A stretch of 64,000 bases of DNA from Macrostomum lignano. Taxonomy: Eukaryota. Every line of letters starts with the position of its first letter. Positions within the stretch are counted from its first letter, which is position 1. Location: the NCBI GenBank assembly GCA_002269645.1, contig NIVC01003173.1:1-64000 (forward strand), written 5' to 3'. The translations under genes and the position numbers were made by a program. The notes under the pieces were generated by a model. It did no database searches, was not told where the DNA came from, and saw only the letters and a program-made list of their open reading frames with translations. Shown here piece by piece: positions 11,744 to 21,281 of this stretch.

Positions 11744-12613
11744 TGTAGAAGGGCTTATGTTTATTCCTAGAAAATTAGTTTGTTTCCGCGAAATTAAATT
11801 CCCGCCAAAATAATAAGTACCGTATGATTTGTTTTAATTCGTAAATTTGTTTTACTGAATAATATTTTGTTTTAATGATGCGAATAATTTGTTTTAGCTA
11901 TTCATTTGTTTTAATGTTAGATACGTAAGCCAATGAATCAAGACTCTAACTAGTATAAATACAAGGCCAAAATAAAACGAAACCTCAACCTTTCGGGTTC
12001 CTAATCAGTTAACAGGAAATTAAGATTTCTTGGTTCTTCTGAATTAGTCCTTTGAAGCAGTATTGCAAACTAAGTTACCGTGTTGGATAGCAGAAAGCGT
12101 TTTGCCAGTACAGTGACAAGCAGGGATTGCTGATCAAAAAGGGTGGAATACCCAGTAAAGAGGGTGGAATACCCAGTGCAAAGAGGGTGGAATACCCAGT
12201 ACAAAGGGTGGAATACCCAGTGTAGAAAGGTTGGATTACCCAGGAAGGGAGAATTTTCAGGTTGCTCAGATTAGCGTGATGCAGTTCTAAGTCGTGAGAG
12301 ACAGGAAGCCGGAAACCCCTCGGTCTGTGGTAAACGCCGTGTTTGGACTGGATAATTTTAGGAATTTAACAGTAGTCAGCAGTGTCTTGCCGCTCGGGCA
12401 CTGAAGCTACCAAGGGTAACTCGTAGCGACGATAGCCCATAACGTAAAAGTACACATAAGCATAGAAATAGGATTCTTAGAAATAGCAAATTTAGCAGTT
12501 TTAGTACAGTTCAGTGTTTAAACTTTAGAATTAAATAGAGAGAGCCAGAAGGCCTGCTACAACTTGGTGACAAGTCGGTGGGATATTATAAACTAGCGAA
12601 GGGGCCTGCTACA
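11744..12613 (+). repeat. 5' LTR (CCAAT ~11930, TATA gtataaata ~11953-11961, AATAAA 11971-11976)
   Basis: Matches 20412-21281; by eye I found one substitution (catttgttttaatg vs catttgatttaatg). Confidence 0.97.
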
Positions 12614-12616
12614 ACT

Positions 12617-12627
12617 TGGTGGCAGCG
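12617..12627 (+). promoter_or_regulatory. Primer binding site TGGTGGCAGCG, complementary to the tRNA-Leu(AAG/UAG)-type 3' end
   Basis: Lies 3 nt after the LTR end. The eukaryotic tRNA-Leu 3' end ...AUCCCACCGCUGCCA-CCA (recalled) is complementary over 11 nt. Confidence 0.75.
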
Positions 12628-12708
12628 TAAAGGATCGAGGAACCGGCGAGAATCTAGTATAGTGTTTTAAGTAGTTAAAAGTACATTTTAAAAGTACATT
12701 CGGATAGG

Positions 12709-13662
12709 ATGGCTGCAGGAATTAATGATGCAATTGCACTTTTAGCTGAGGAGATTAGGAATAGATTAGAGCTAGGACCATTAAGGCATGTGAAGATACA
12801 GAAGTTTACGCCTAGTCAGGATATTAGGATTTGGCTCACTGCTTTCGACCAGAGGTGCGAAGCAGAAGGAATAGAAGTAGAGCATAGGAAGACTGAGCTA
12901 CTAGCTAACTTAGATCTAGCGACAGCATTTGCTGCAGTGCAAAGGTTAAATTTGCCTGATGAACTAACTTACGAGGAGTTTAAGGAGCGCTTAGTAGAGA
13001 GGTTTGGTAGGATAGGTAGTGCATCAGAATTTCGGGAGGAATTCCGTGGAAGAATGCAGGGTAGGAACGAGACTGCGGAAGCTTATGCCGACGCATTGAT
13101 TGAGTTGTCCACAAGGGCTTTTCCGAATATGAACGCTGAACAGCGCGAGGAGGAAGTAGTTGAACAGTTTATTAAGGGGGTAAGAATCCCAACAGACACT
13201 AGGGAGAAGCTAATTTTTGCGCAGCCAGCTAATCTGCAGGAGGCTAGGAGAATGTTGCGTAGGATTGAAGCAGCCTGGCATATGTCACACAAAGGAGGTG
13301 TGAGAACTGTGAGGGAAGGAGAGGATGAGCAGCAGAAGTTGCAGGAGCTGGTGAGACAGCAGAAGGATGAGCTGGAACAGCAGCGGAAGAGAATTGAAGA
13401 GCTCATGGCGTATAAGCCGCTGTACAAACCAGGGCCTCAGCCATGCCCAGCTCAGATGCCGCGTCAAGCATCTCAGCAGCAGTCGGCGTTTCAGCCACGA
13501 ATTTCGAATATGTATCGGCCCAGGCCAAGGAGTGAGTTTGTAGGCAAATCATTCGTGCCGCAGCCAGGAAAGTGTGCAGTCTGCCAGAATCCGGGACCGA
13601 TAAGGCCTGGTTTGGATCACCAGTGCCGCTTGTTCCGCAATCGAGGTAATCAGGGAAACTAA
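12709..13662 (+). CDS. gag: Gypsy Gag (317 aa)
   Basis: Retrotransposon capsid-like motifs (WLTAFDQRC, FRGRMQGRNETAEAYADALIEL, QFIKG), a coiled coil, and a C-terminal atypical Cys/His knuckle. Confidence 0.9.
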   Translation: MAAGINDAIALLAEEIRNRLELGPLRHVKIQKFTPSQDIRIWLTAFDQRCEAEGIEVEHRKTELLANLDLATAFAAVQRLNLPDELTYEEFKERLVERFGRIGSASEFREEFRGRMQGRNETAEAYADALIELSTRAFPNMNAEQREEEVVEQFIKGVRIPTDTREKLIFAQPANLQEARRMLRRIEAAWHMSHKGGVRTVREGEDEQQKLQELVRQQKDELEQQRKRIEELMAYKPLYKPGPQPCPAQMPRQASQQQSAFQPRISNMYRPRPRSEFVGKSFVPQPGKCAVCQNPGPIRPGLDHQCRLFRNRGNQGN

Positions 13663-13698
13663 AGTTCGAGGGTCGAGAGACGAGGCCACGTCCCTCCA
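13653..13698 (+). promoter_or_regulatory. -1 ribosomal frameshift signal: slippery G GGA AAC plus downstream stem-loop
   Basis: The heptamer 13653-13659 is in the gag frame just before the TAA. The pol frame is -1 and open from 13653. gaggg(13668-72)/ccctc(13694-98) encloses a gacg-aggcca-cgtc hairpin. Confidence 0.85.
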
Positions 13699-16600
13699 GA
13701 AAATTTAATTGCAAAGTGAAGGCCTCTAAGTGCGATTCTGAAGGTTGGCAAACTGTCCCCATTCGAAAGAGACATATGCGTGATGCAACTGTATATAATG
13801 CGTTTAATGCACCTGCGTCTGCACCATCTGTATTTTCTGCGTCTGCACCATCTGCGTCTGCACCATCTGCGTCTGCACCATCTGCATCCGCCGCATCGCG
13901 ATATGTCGTCCCTGCATCTGCTGTTGACGAGTCAGCATCAGCCGATGAGCCCCGAGAAGAAGAAGAATCTGCACCCGAAGCAAGCCAACCAAAGCCGAAA
14001 AAGGTAAGCAAGCGCAAAGTTTTTGTCAAATCTAAGGTAGAACTAGTGAATCATAAAAGTTATGAGGCAATAGTAGTAGGCGATATAGAAAAGCAGGAGG
14101 TAGACTTTTTACTAGACACGGGTGCTAGAAACAATTTCTTAGGCCGATCAGTGTGGTCAAAATTATTCGAACAAGATCAAATTAGGGAGACGAATAAGAG
14201 AGTTTCCACATTCGATGGAACGAGAGTTCAGTTAGATGGCGAAGTGCGTGCTGCAGTGAAATTCGGAGACTTTGAGATCGAAATTGATTTCCTACTATGC
14301 AGCCATGAGTGTGATAACATACTCGGAATGGAGTTTTTCCTAGAGCAGTGTGAGAGCATTCATCTAACAAAAGGCATGCTCATCTTGAAAGAAGGAACGT
14401 GTATTCCTATGCAATACACCCACCTTCCGGTAAAGGTTTGCCGAGTATATACGCAGGAGAAGGCAGTCATTCCGCCGAATAGTGCACTGCGAATTCCTGT
14501 GCGCCTAGCGAAAAATTCTGAAGCTAATTATGGAGCTCCGATGACAATTGAGACAATTGGAAATGGCGTGAGAGCAAGAGAAGAGACTCTGGAGATGAAT
14601 CCAACTCTAGTGACTATGCGTGAAGGAGTAGCTATAGTGGAAGTCGTGAACTCGAGTCCAGTTGAAGTTAAATTGCCAAAATCATCGCTAGTAGGTTTAG
14701 CCAAGCCAATGAGAGCTAGAGAACTTACCTATCTGACTAGTGAAAAAAATCAATCAGAGCCAGTTACTGGACGAGTTAATCAGGCGCAATCTAATGACGA
14801 GTCTTGGATTAGCGAAATTAATATTAGCGAAAACTTAACTAAAGAGCAAAAGGAGAAAGTGATTCAGCTCGTGAGAGAGCACGGTGAAGCGTTTTCGCAG
14901 AATGAATTGGATATGGGGCTAACTCAGCTAGTGACGCATGAAATTTCATTAAAAGATGAGACACCTGTGAGGATCCCGACTAGAAGGATTCCCCCTCATC
15001 TTCAGAAGCAGGTAGATGCTCAGTTAGATGACATGCTAGCTAAGAACTTAATTAGACCATGTTACTCTACGTACTCAACACCCTTAGTGATTGTACCCAA
15101 GAAGGATGGTACTATTCGCATTGTGAGTGATTTCAGAGTACTAAATTCGAGAGTAAATTATTTCCCATATCCGTTGCCTAATATTCAGGAAACTTTCTCG
15201 CATTTGACGGGCAGTCAGTACTTTAGTAGCCTTGACCTAAATTCTGGTTATTGGCAGGTTCCAATTAAGGAAGAGCATAAACACATGACTGCGTTTTCAA
15301 CTTTAACTAGAGGGCAATTTGAGTATCAGGTGATGGCGCAAGGTCTATCTAATGCGCCAGGCACTTTTCAAAGGCTCATGAATCTTGTATTGGCGGGCAT
15401 TCAGCATAAATATGCCATGTCGTACATAGATGACATCGTGACCTATTCGAAGCAATTTGAGGAGCATTTAGAGCATTTGAAGGAAGTTTTTCAAAGACTT
15501 ATTAATGCAGGACTAAAGTTGAGAGCTAAGAAATGTAATTTATTCCATAGTGAGCTAAAATATTTAGGCCATGTGATCGGGAGGGAAGGAATTAGGACCG
15601 ACGAGACAAAAATAGAAGCTATTAAGAGTTGGCCGAAGCCAAAGGAGGTGAAGGAATTACGAAGCTTTCTAGGATTATGTAACTACTATAGTCGCTTTGT
15701 CAAAAATTATGCCGAAGCCGCGCATCCCCTGTTTCAACTGACTCGGAATGGAGTGCAAAATTTTCAAGCAAAATGGACTAAGGCTCATGATCAGGCATTT
15801 GAGGAATTAAAAAATAGAATGATGTCAACAGAAGTTCTAGCCTATCCAGAATTCGTAGACGATGAAAATGTTAAAATGGTTTTGGACACTGATGCTAGTG
15901 ATGGACGCATAGGAGCCTGTTTAGGTCAAATCCAGTCAGATGGCATCGAGAGGCCTATAGCATATTTCAGTCGTGCTATGAAGGAATCGGAGAAACGGTA
16001 TCCTATTACTAGAAAAGAGCTATTAGCTTTAGTAGATGCGATGAAGCATTTTAGGTTTTATTTAATAGGGAAGCGATTTCTAGCGCGCACCGATCATAAA
16101 GCAATTCTGTGGTTATTAAGGCAGACAGAAGCTCAAGGAATTTTAGGAAGATGGATAGAACGGTTGAACGAATTCCAGTTTGATATAGAGCATAGGAGTG
16201 GGGCAAAACATTCTAACGCAGATAGTTTGTCCAGGAGGCCGGCAGAAACAGCCGGAGCAGTCAGTGAATCTGTGAACGAAGAAGGCGTGAGTGCCAGTAG
16301 AGAAGGCGTGAAAGCCAGTGAATCTGTGAACGAAGAAGGCGTGAGTGCCAGTAGAGAAGGCGTGAAAGCCAGTGAACCTGTGAACGAAGAAGGCGTGAGT
16401 GCCAGTAGAGAAGGCGTGAAAGCCAGTGAATCTGTGAATGGCGTGAGTGCCATGAAAGAAGGCGTGAGAGCTGTGGAAAACCTTATTGATGGAGAGATGC
16501 AGACTCCGCATCCCACTGATTCAGAATCTAGGATCGAGTCATTAATCTCAGGAGAGAAAGGTGTGAAAGGAACTGATGTGTCAGCACGGAGTTCTAGCGA

Positions 16601-18572
16601 TATGCAACTGAACCGAGACACTGATCCTGCACACATGAAGAATGATACGCCTAAAGTTGAAAAATTATTGACTGATTATTTGCCAGTACCTTTGAAGAGG
16701 GAACAGATTATAAAAGCTCAGAGAGAGGACGCAGCGATTTGCACTTTGGCCAAATGGAAGCAAGATAAGCTGTCAGTTCCCCCATCTCAAGAGAGCAACT
16801 CAGCTGAGTTAAAGCAGTTAAGCAAGCATTATGAGAATATGAAGCTAGAAAAAGAAATGCTCATTATTGAAGAAGATGAGAAATGGAAAGTCGTCTTGCC
16901 TAGATCCTTGGACAAGCTAGTTCTTAGCGATCTACATGATAGCCCACTAGCCGGACACTTAGGCAGAGATAAGACAATCCAGCGAGTCAAGGAGAGATTT
17001 TGGAGACCAGGTTTAGTGACTGAGGTAGAGAAATATGTGGCGGAGTGTATTCCGTGCCTAGAAAGCAAGAGAGGTCACAAGATTCAGGCGCCAGTACAGT
17101 CATTTCCAATTAGTGAACCGTTTCATAGATTGCATATAGACGTGATCGGGCCGATCTCAAAAGTAAGCAAGAGAGGGCACCAGTACGTTTTAACTATAGT
17201 GGACAGTAACACGCGATACCCGTTTGCTTTCCCAATGCGTAATCAGAAGGCAGACACGATTATCAAGTTATTACAAGAGAGAGTGTTCAGTGAGTATGGC
17301 CAGTGCCATTGGATCCACACGGACAATGGTAAAGCGTTTACTAGCAGGCAGTTTAATTCGTTTTGCGATTTGTATAATGTTAAGCACACATGTACGACTC
17401 CATACCATGCCCAAAGTAATGGCTTGGTAGAGCGATTCAATAAACAAATTAAATCGATTATTACTTGCTTAATAGAGAAAGACCATAGCGATTGGGATCT
17501 GTTAATCCCAGCAGCGTTAGTAGCAGTCAGAACCAGTGTGAATCAGACCACCGGATATTCACCTCATTTTCTATTATTCGGAAGAGAAGCAGTTTTACCT
17601 ATGGATAGTGAGCTTAGAGAGTCGAGTAATTACGCTAATTATCCAACGTATGTTGCCGAACATGCTAAGAGGCTGGAGAGTGCAAGGAAGCTCGTGAGAG
17701 AGAAGTACGAGAAGGTGCATAGCCATAGACAAGAAAGTTCAGAAAATCAGAAAAAGCCCAAAAATATCGCACTAGGAAGTTTAGTATTAATCAATAATCC
17801 ACAATTAGAGAACGAGGAGTCAAATAAATTTCATAGGAAGAAGAGAGCAGCTTACAGAGTGCTGAAGCAGATTTCGGAAGTTGTCTTTAAAATTCAGAAG
17901 GAAGAAAATGGAGAATTAACAGGCAATAAACTAATAGTGCATAGAGAAAACATGACATTAGTACCGAACTCAGTCAGAGAGCCAATAGACAAGGGAGGCC
18001 AACCCAGTATGCCAACTGCAGAGCTTCAAGATAAGGGAAGCCAGGCGGCAGAGGCGAAACGCAAGGGAAGCCAGCCCAAGAAGAAGACCAGAACTATACC
18101 AACTAAGAAGTTATGTGAACAAGAAGAAGAGTCATCATCATCAGATGAAGAAGACCAAATCAATTGGCAGTGCAAATTCCGTGATGGAAATGAATCTGTA
18201 AGAGGAAGCAATTTAGAGATAGGAGCAGAAGTAGAAGTTAGGGAAGAAGGAAGCGAAGGTGAGAATCCACAGCGTGAGAGCTCAGAAGAGGAGATTGAGG
18301 AAGAAATCGAAGCAGAGAGTGAGGAAAGTGAGAAGGGTGAGGAATCAGAGCTTGAGCACGAGGGAGAGAGAGAAAGTGAGGAGGAGGTTGCACGCGAGCA
18401 CAGTGCGTCAAAGGAGGAGATATCGCATACCGAGCAGAGTGAGAGACAGGATGACGCAATACCAGCTAAAAGGTATAACACGCGCAGTCAGACCAAGCCT
18501 CCAAACAGATGTCAGTGCTATCTGAAAAGGCTAATCTCTGTGTGGAGCCTATTAGAGAGACTAAAATTCTGA
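13653..18572 (+). CDS. pol: Gypsy Pol (protease, RT, RNase H, integrase, long acidic tail), translated as Gag-Pol
   Basis: FLLDTGA (PR), SYIDD (RT), LDTDASD (RH), HDSPLAGHLG...CIPC zinc finger and IDVIGP/HTDNG/NGLVERFN D,D35E (IN); uninterrupted frame. Confidence 0.97.
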   Translation, partial: GKLKFEGRETRPRPSRKFNCKVKASKCDSEGWQTVPIRKRHMRDATVYNAFNAPASAPSVFSASAPSASAPSASAPSASAASRYVVPASAVDESASADEPREEEESAPEASQPKPKKVSKRKVFVKSKVELVNHKSYEAIVVGDIEKQEVDFLLDTGARNNFLGRSVWSKLFEQDQIRETNKRVSTFDGTRVQLDGEVRAAVKFGDFEIEIDFLLCSHECDNILGMEFFLEQCESIHLTKGMLILKEGTCIPMQYTHLPVKVCRVYTQEKAVIPPNSALRIPVRLAKNSEANYGAPMTIETIGNGVRAREETLEMNPTLVTMREGVAIVEVVNSSPVEVKLPKSSLVGLAKPMRARELTYLTSEKNQSEPVTGRVNQAQSNDESWISEINISENLTKEQKEKVIQLVREHGEAFSQNELDMGLTQLVTHEISLKDETPVRIPTRRIPPHLQKQVDAQLDDMLAKNLIRPCYSTYSTPLVIVPKKDGTIRIVSDFRVLNSRVNYFPYPLPNIQETFSHLTGSQYFSSLDLNSGYWQVPIKEEHKHMTAFSTLTRGQFEYQVMAQGLSNAPGTFQRLMNLVLAGIQHKYAMSYIDDIVTYSKQFEEHLEHLKEVFQRLINAGLKLRAKKCNLFHSELKYLGHVIGREGIRTDETKIEAIKSWPKPKEVKELRSFLGLCNYYSRFVKNYAEAAHPLFQLTRNGVQNFQAKWTKAHDQAFEELKNRMMSTEVLAYPEFVDDENVKMVLDTDASDGRIGACLGQIQSDGIERPIAYFSRAMKESEKRYPITRKELLALVDAMKHFRFYLIGKRFLARTDHKAILWLLRQTEAQGILGRWIERLNEFQFDIEHRSGAKHSNADSLSRRPAETAGAVSESVNEEGVSASREGVKASESVNEEGVSASREGVKASEPVNEEGVSASREGVKASESVNGVSAMKEGVRAVENLIDGEMQTPHPTDSESRIESLISGEKGVKGTDVSARSSSDMQLNRDTDPAHMKNDTPKVEKLLTDYLPVPLKREQIIKAQREDAAICTLAKWKQDKLSVPPSQESNSAELKQLSKHYENMKLEKEMLIIEEDEKWKVVLPRSLDKLVLSDLHDSPLAGHLGRDKTIQRVKERFWRPGLVTEVEKYVAECIPCLESKRGHKIQAPVQSFPISEPFHRLHIDVIGPISKVSKRGHQYVLTIVDSNTRYPFAFPMRNQKADTIIKLLQERVFSEYGQCHWIHTDNGKAFTSRQFNSFCDLYNVKHTCTTPYHAQSNGLVERFNKQIKSIITCLIEKDHSDWDLLIPAALVAVRTSVNQTTGYSPHFLLFGREAVLPMDSELRESSNYANYPTYVAEHAKRLESARKLVREKYEKVHSHRQESSENQKKPKNIALGSLVLINNPQLENEESNKFHRKKRAAYRVLKQISEVVFKIQKEENGELTGNKLIVHRENMTLVPNSVREPIDKGGQPSMPTAELQDKGSQAAEAKRKGSQPKKKTRTIPTKKLCEQEEESSSSDEEDQINWQCKFRDGNESVRGSNLEIGAEVEVREEGSEGENPQRESSEEEIEEEIEAESEESEKGEESELEHEGERESEEEVAREHSASKEEISHTEQSERQDDAIPAKRYNTRSQTKPPNRCQCYLKRLISVWSLLERLKF

Positions 18573-18630
18573 GTCAGGGAAGAATTGGTAGCAAGGGTAA
18601 GGCACAGAGCAAGCAAACAAGTGGGAGTTC

Positions 18631-18807
18631 ATTGGGTAAGGGAAGGAAATCAGAGCAGCCAATTAGAAGCCAGCTATTGGGAAGGCCAGGAGTGGTCAAC
18701 TGGGAAATCAGGGCGGTCAGCCAATGAAAATTCAGCTTTTGATTAAATGAATTGATGGGAAAATTAAAACAAACAACGCCTGGGGTGGGGTGCCACGCCT
18801 ATATAAA
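18631..18807 (+). promoter_or_regulatory. Internal Pol II promoter for ORF3
   Basis: Four CCAAT/ATTGG boxes (18631, 18659, 18676, 18721), GGGCGG (18711), GGGGTGGGGT (18782) and TATATAAA (18800-18807), about 100 nt upstream of an ATG in strong context (gtaATGG). Confidence 0.7.
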
Positions 18808-18905
18808 CAAACACCCAGAGGCGAGAGGAAGTCAATTATAGTCGTGTTGACAGCTAGTAACCGTTTTGGTATCGATTAACCGTGTTGGATTGAGATAACT
18901 CCGTA

Positions 18906-20012
18906 ATGGAAGATACGATTGACATAATGGCTGAAGACGATATCTTAGACAAGATTTTAGCGGACATTGAGGTAGGAAGTGTTGAGGAAATTGAAGGAAG
19001 TGCGAGTGCGAAGTCACCAGGAGACAACGCCGTGATAGCAGCGGGACCGGCAAAAACGTCAGGTGACAACGCCGTGATGGCAGCAACGATGAAGTCGCCA
19101 GGAGATGACACCGTGATGGCAGCAGCAGCGACGGTGAGGTCCGACAGCAGTGCCGTGATGATAGAAGATGAAGAGGACCGTCCGAACAAGCGGCTGAAGT
19201 CGGTAGTCATTAAGAGGACATCAACTGAGGCAGAAGGTGCGCAGTCGGCGAAGCGGCCTGCTCTAGGGAACCAGTCATTAGTTCCACATGATCCAAAGGC
19301 CCGAGCGCGGCTGTTAAGCGACCAAGCTAACAGGCCAGTGCCTGTCATTCCGGCCATTATGAAGCGGCAACCACAGGGCGCCAAGAGCGCTATATGTCTC
19401 GCCAGTCAGTACCGGCCGATACAGCCGAAGCCACCGACAGTAGCCGGCGGGCGAGGACGGGCGACAGCAGCAGCATCGGCGACAGCCGGCCGTCGAGGGC
19501 CAGCAGCAGCCTCAGCAGCAGCAGCAGCAATCGGCGGGCAGCCTGCGCCAAGGTTGACGACAGCGCCAGCGCCAGCGCCGACCACGATCCCGAAGCGGTC
19601 ACAGGATGCGGCAGCTTGCGGTTCAGCCAGTGCCGCAGACCTCAGTCTAGGATCTGACTTCCCGGCCGTGCTCGACCGAATCCCGAGAACTCAACATGAT
19701 CAGTTGAAACGCTTTATTAAAATGCTTAAGGGACATTTGATGCGCATGGCGTATCTACGCACCGATCGGCCAACTCCATGTCGGTGCACACAGGCCAAAC
19801 CAGTGTTGCGCCTGCTGGTGCAGCAGTTCGATCTGGAATCAAGAATCGCAGCCTGGCGCCGAGCCGTGCAATACACGCTGCACGATCTGACGCAAGCTGG
19901 GCAAACATTTCATCGACTATTGCTGCAAATCGAGATCCGCTGGATGGCGGACCAGCTCGGCTGGCTGTACCACGACCAACTGCCTGAGGAGTTCGAACTG
20001 GAACGCAATTAA
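18906..20012 (+). CDS. Gypsy accessory ORF3, 368 aa, unknown function (not env-like)
   Basis: Intact ORF inside the element between the pol stop and the 3' LTR. Acidic N-terminus, three short tandem repeats, basic NLS-like RPNKRLK, Ala/Pro-rich linker, helical C-terminal domain; no signal peptide or TM segment. Confidence 0.8.
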   Translation: MEDTIDIMAEDDILDKILADIEVGSVEEIEGSASAKSPGDNAVIAAGPAKTSGDNAVMAATMKSPGDDTVMAAAATVRSDSSAVMIEDEEDRPNKRLKSVVIKRTSTEAEGAQSAKRPALGNQSLVPHDPKARARLLSDQANRPVPVIPAIMKRQPQGAKSAICLASQYRPIQPKPPTVAGGRGRATAAASATAGRRGPAAASAAAAAIGGQPAPRLTTAPAPAPTTIPKRSQDAAACGSASAADLSLGSDFPAVLDRIPRTQHDQLKRFIKMLKGHLMRMAYLRTDRPTPCRCTQAKPVLRLLVQQFDLESRIAAWRRAVQYTLHDLTQAGQTFHRLLLQIEIRWMADQLGWLYHDQLPEEFELERN

Positions 20013-20411
20013 GTACATCTTGAACTAACTTTTGCATTTGAATTACTTTTATTACTAGGACAATACTTTTTCTCTTTTAAAACCTTGCTTATTCTGTGTG
20101 AATTCCATGCCATCGCTACTTTGAATTTGCTTATTCTGTGTATAACAATGCTATTTTTCTTTGTGAACTTGCGTGAATTTTCTGTACTCATTCTTTGTGA
20201 AGTAGCTTTTATCTTCTGCATGCACAATTTTTATTTCTGGTGAACAGTTGTTTGATGATTTAGTGCTCTTCAAATGTATATATATATCTTTTTGCGCAAT
20301 TACATTTATCAGTTCGTGCCTTTACTACATTGCTCAGTTTTTGATGAATATGTATTGTTGTATTATTTTGTTCACTTAAAAATTCGCAAAATAATATTCA
20401 GGGAAGCCAAC

Positions 20412-21281
20412 TGTAGAAGGGCTTATGTTTATTCCTAGAAAATTAGTTTGTTTCCGCGAAATTAAATTCCCGCCAAAATAATAAGTACCGTATGATTTGT
20501 TTTAATTCGTAAATTTGTTTTACTGAATAATATTTTGTTTTAATGATGCGAATAATTTGTTTTAGCTATTCATTTGATTTAATGTTAGATACGTAAGCCA
20601 ATGAATCAAGACTCTAACTAGTATAAATACAAGGCCAAAATAAAACGAAACCTCAACCTTTCGGGTTCCTAATCAGTTAACAGGAAATTAAGATTTCTTG
20701 GTTCTTCTGAATTAGTCCTTTGAAGCAGTATTGCAAACTAAGTTACCGTGTTGGATAGCAGAAAGCGTTTTGCCAGTACAGTGACAAGCAGGGATTGCTG
20801 ATCAAAAAGGGTGGAATACCCAGTAAAGAGGGTGGAATACCCAGTGCAAAGAGGGTGGAATACCCAGTACAAAGGGTGGAATACCCAGTGTAGAAAGGTT
20901 GGATTACCCAGGAAGGGAGAATTTTCAGGTTGCTCAGATTAGCGTGATGCAGTTCTAAGTCGTGAGAGACAGGAAGCCGGAAACCCCTCGGTCTGTGGTA
21001 AACGCCGTGTTTGGACTGGATAATTTTAGGAATTTAACAGTAGTCAGCAGTGTCTTGCCGCTCGGGCACTGAAGCTACCAAGGGTAACTCGTAGCGACGA
21101 TAGCCCATAACGTAAAAGTACACATAAGCATAGAAATAGGATTCTTAGAAATAGCAAATTTAGCAGTTTTAGTACAGTTCAGTGTTTAAACTTTAGAATT
21201 AAATAGAGAGAGCCAGAAGGCCTGCTACAACTTGGTGACAAGTCGGTGGGATATTATAAACTAGCGAAGGGGCCTGCTACA
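20412..21281 (+). repeat. 3' LTR
   Basis: Near-identical to the 5' LTR; followed by TSD ctaa (21282-21285). Confidence 0.97.

Larger units (their letters stand above)
11744..21281 (+). mobile_element. Intact full-length Ty3/Gypsy LTR retrotransposon (9538 bp) with a third ORF
   Basis: 870-bp LTRs (TG...CA) at 11744-12613 and 20412-21281; 4-bp TSD ctaa; PBS; gag; -1 frameshift; PR-RT-RH-IN order; extra ORF 18906-20012; weak purine tract cagggaag before the 3' LTR. Confidence 0.97.

Noticed and set aside
13403-19657. Antisense ORFs over gag/pol/ORF3 (e.g. 13403-14029, 16133-16636, 18026-18481, 18854-19384)
   Set aside because: Shadows of low-complexity sense-strand coding sequence.
18906-20012. 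ORF3 as an envelope gene
   Set aside because: No signal peptide, furin site, Cys-rich ectodomain or TM anchor.
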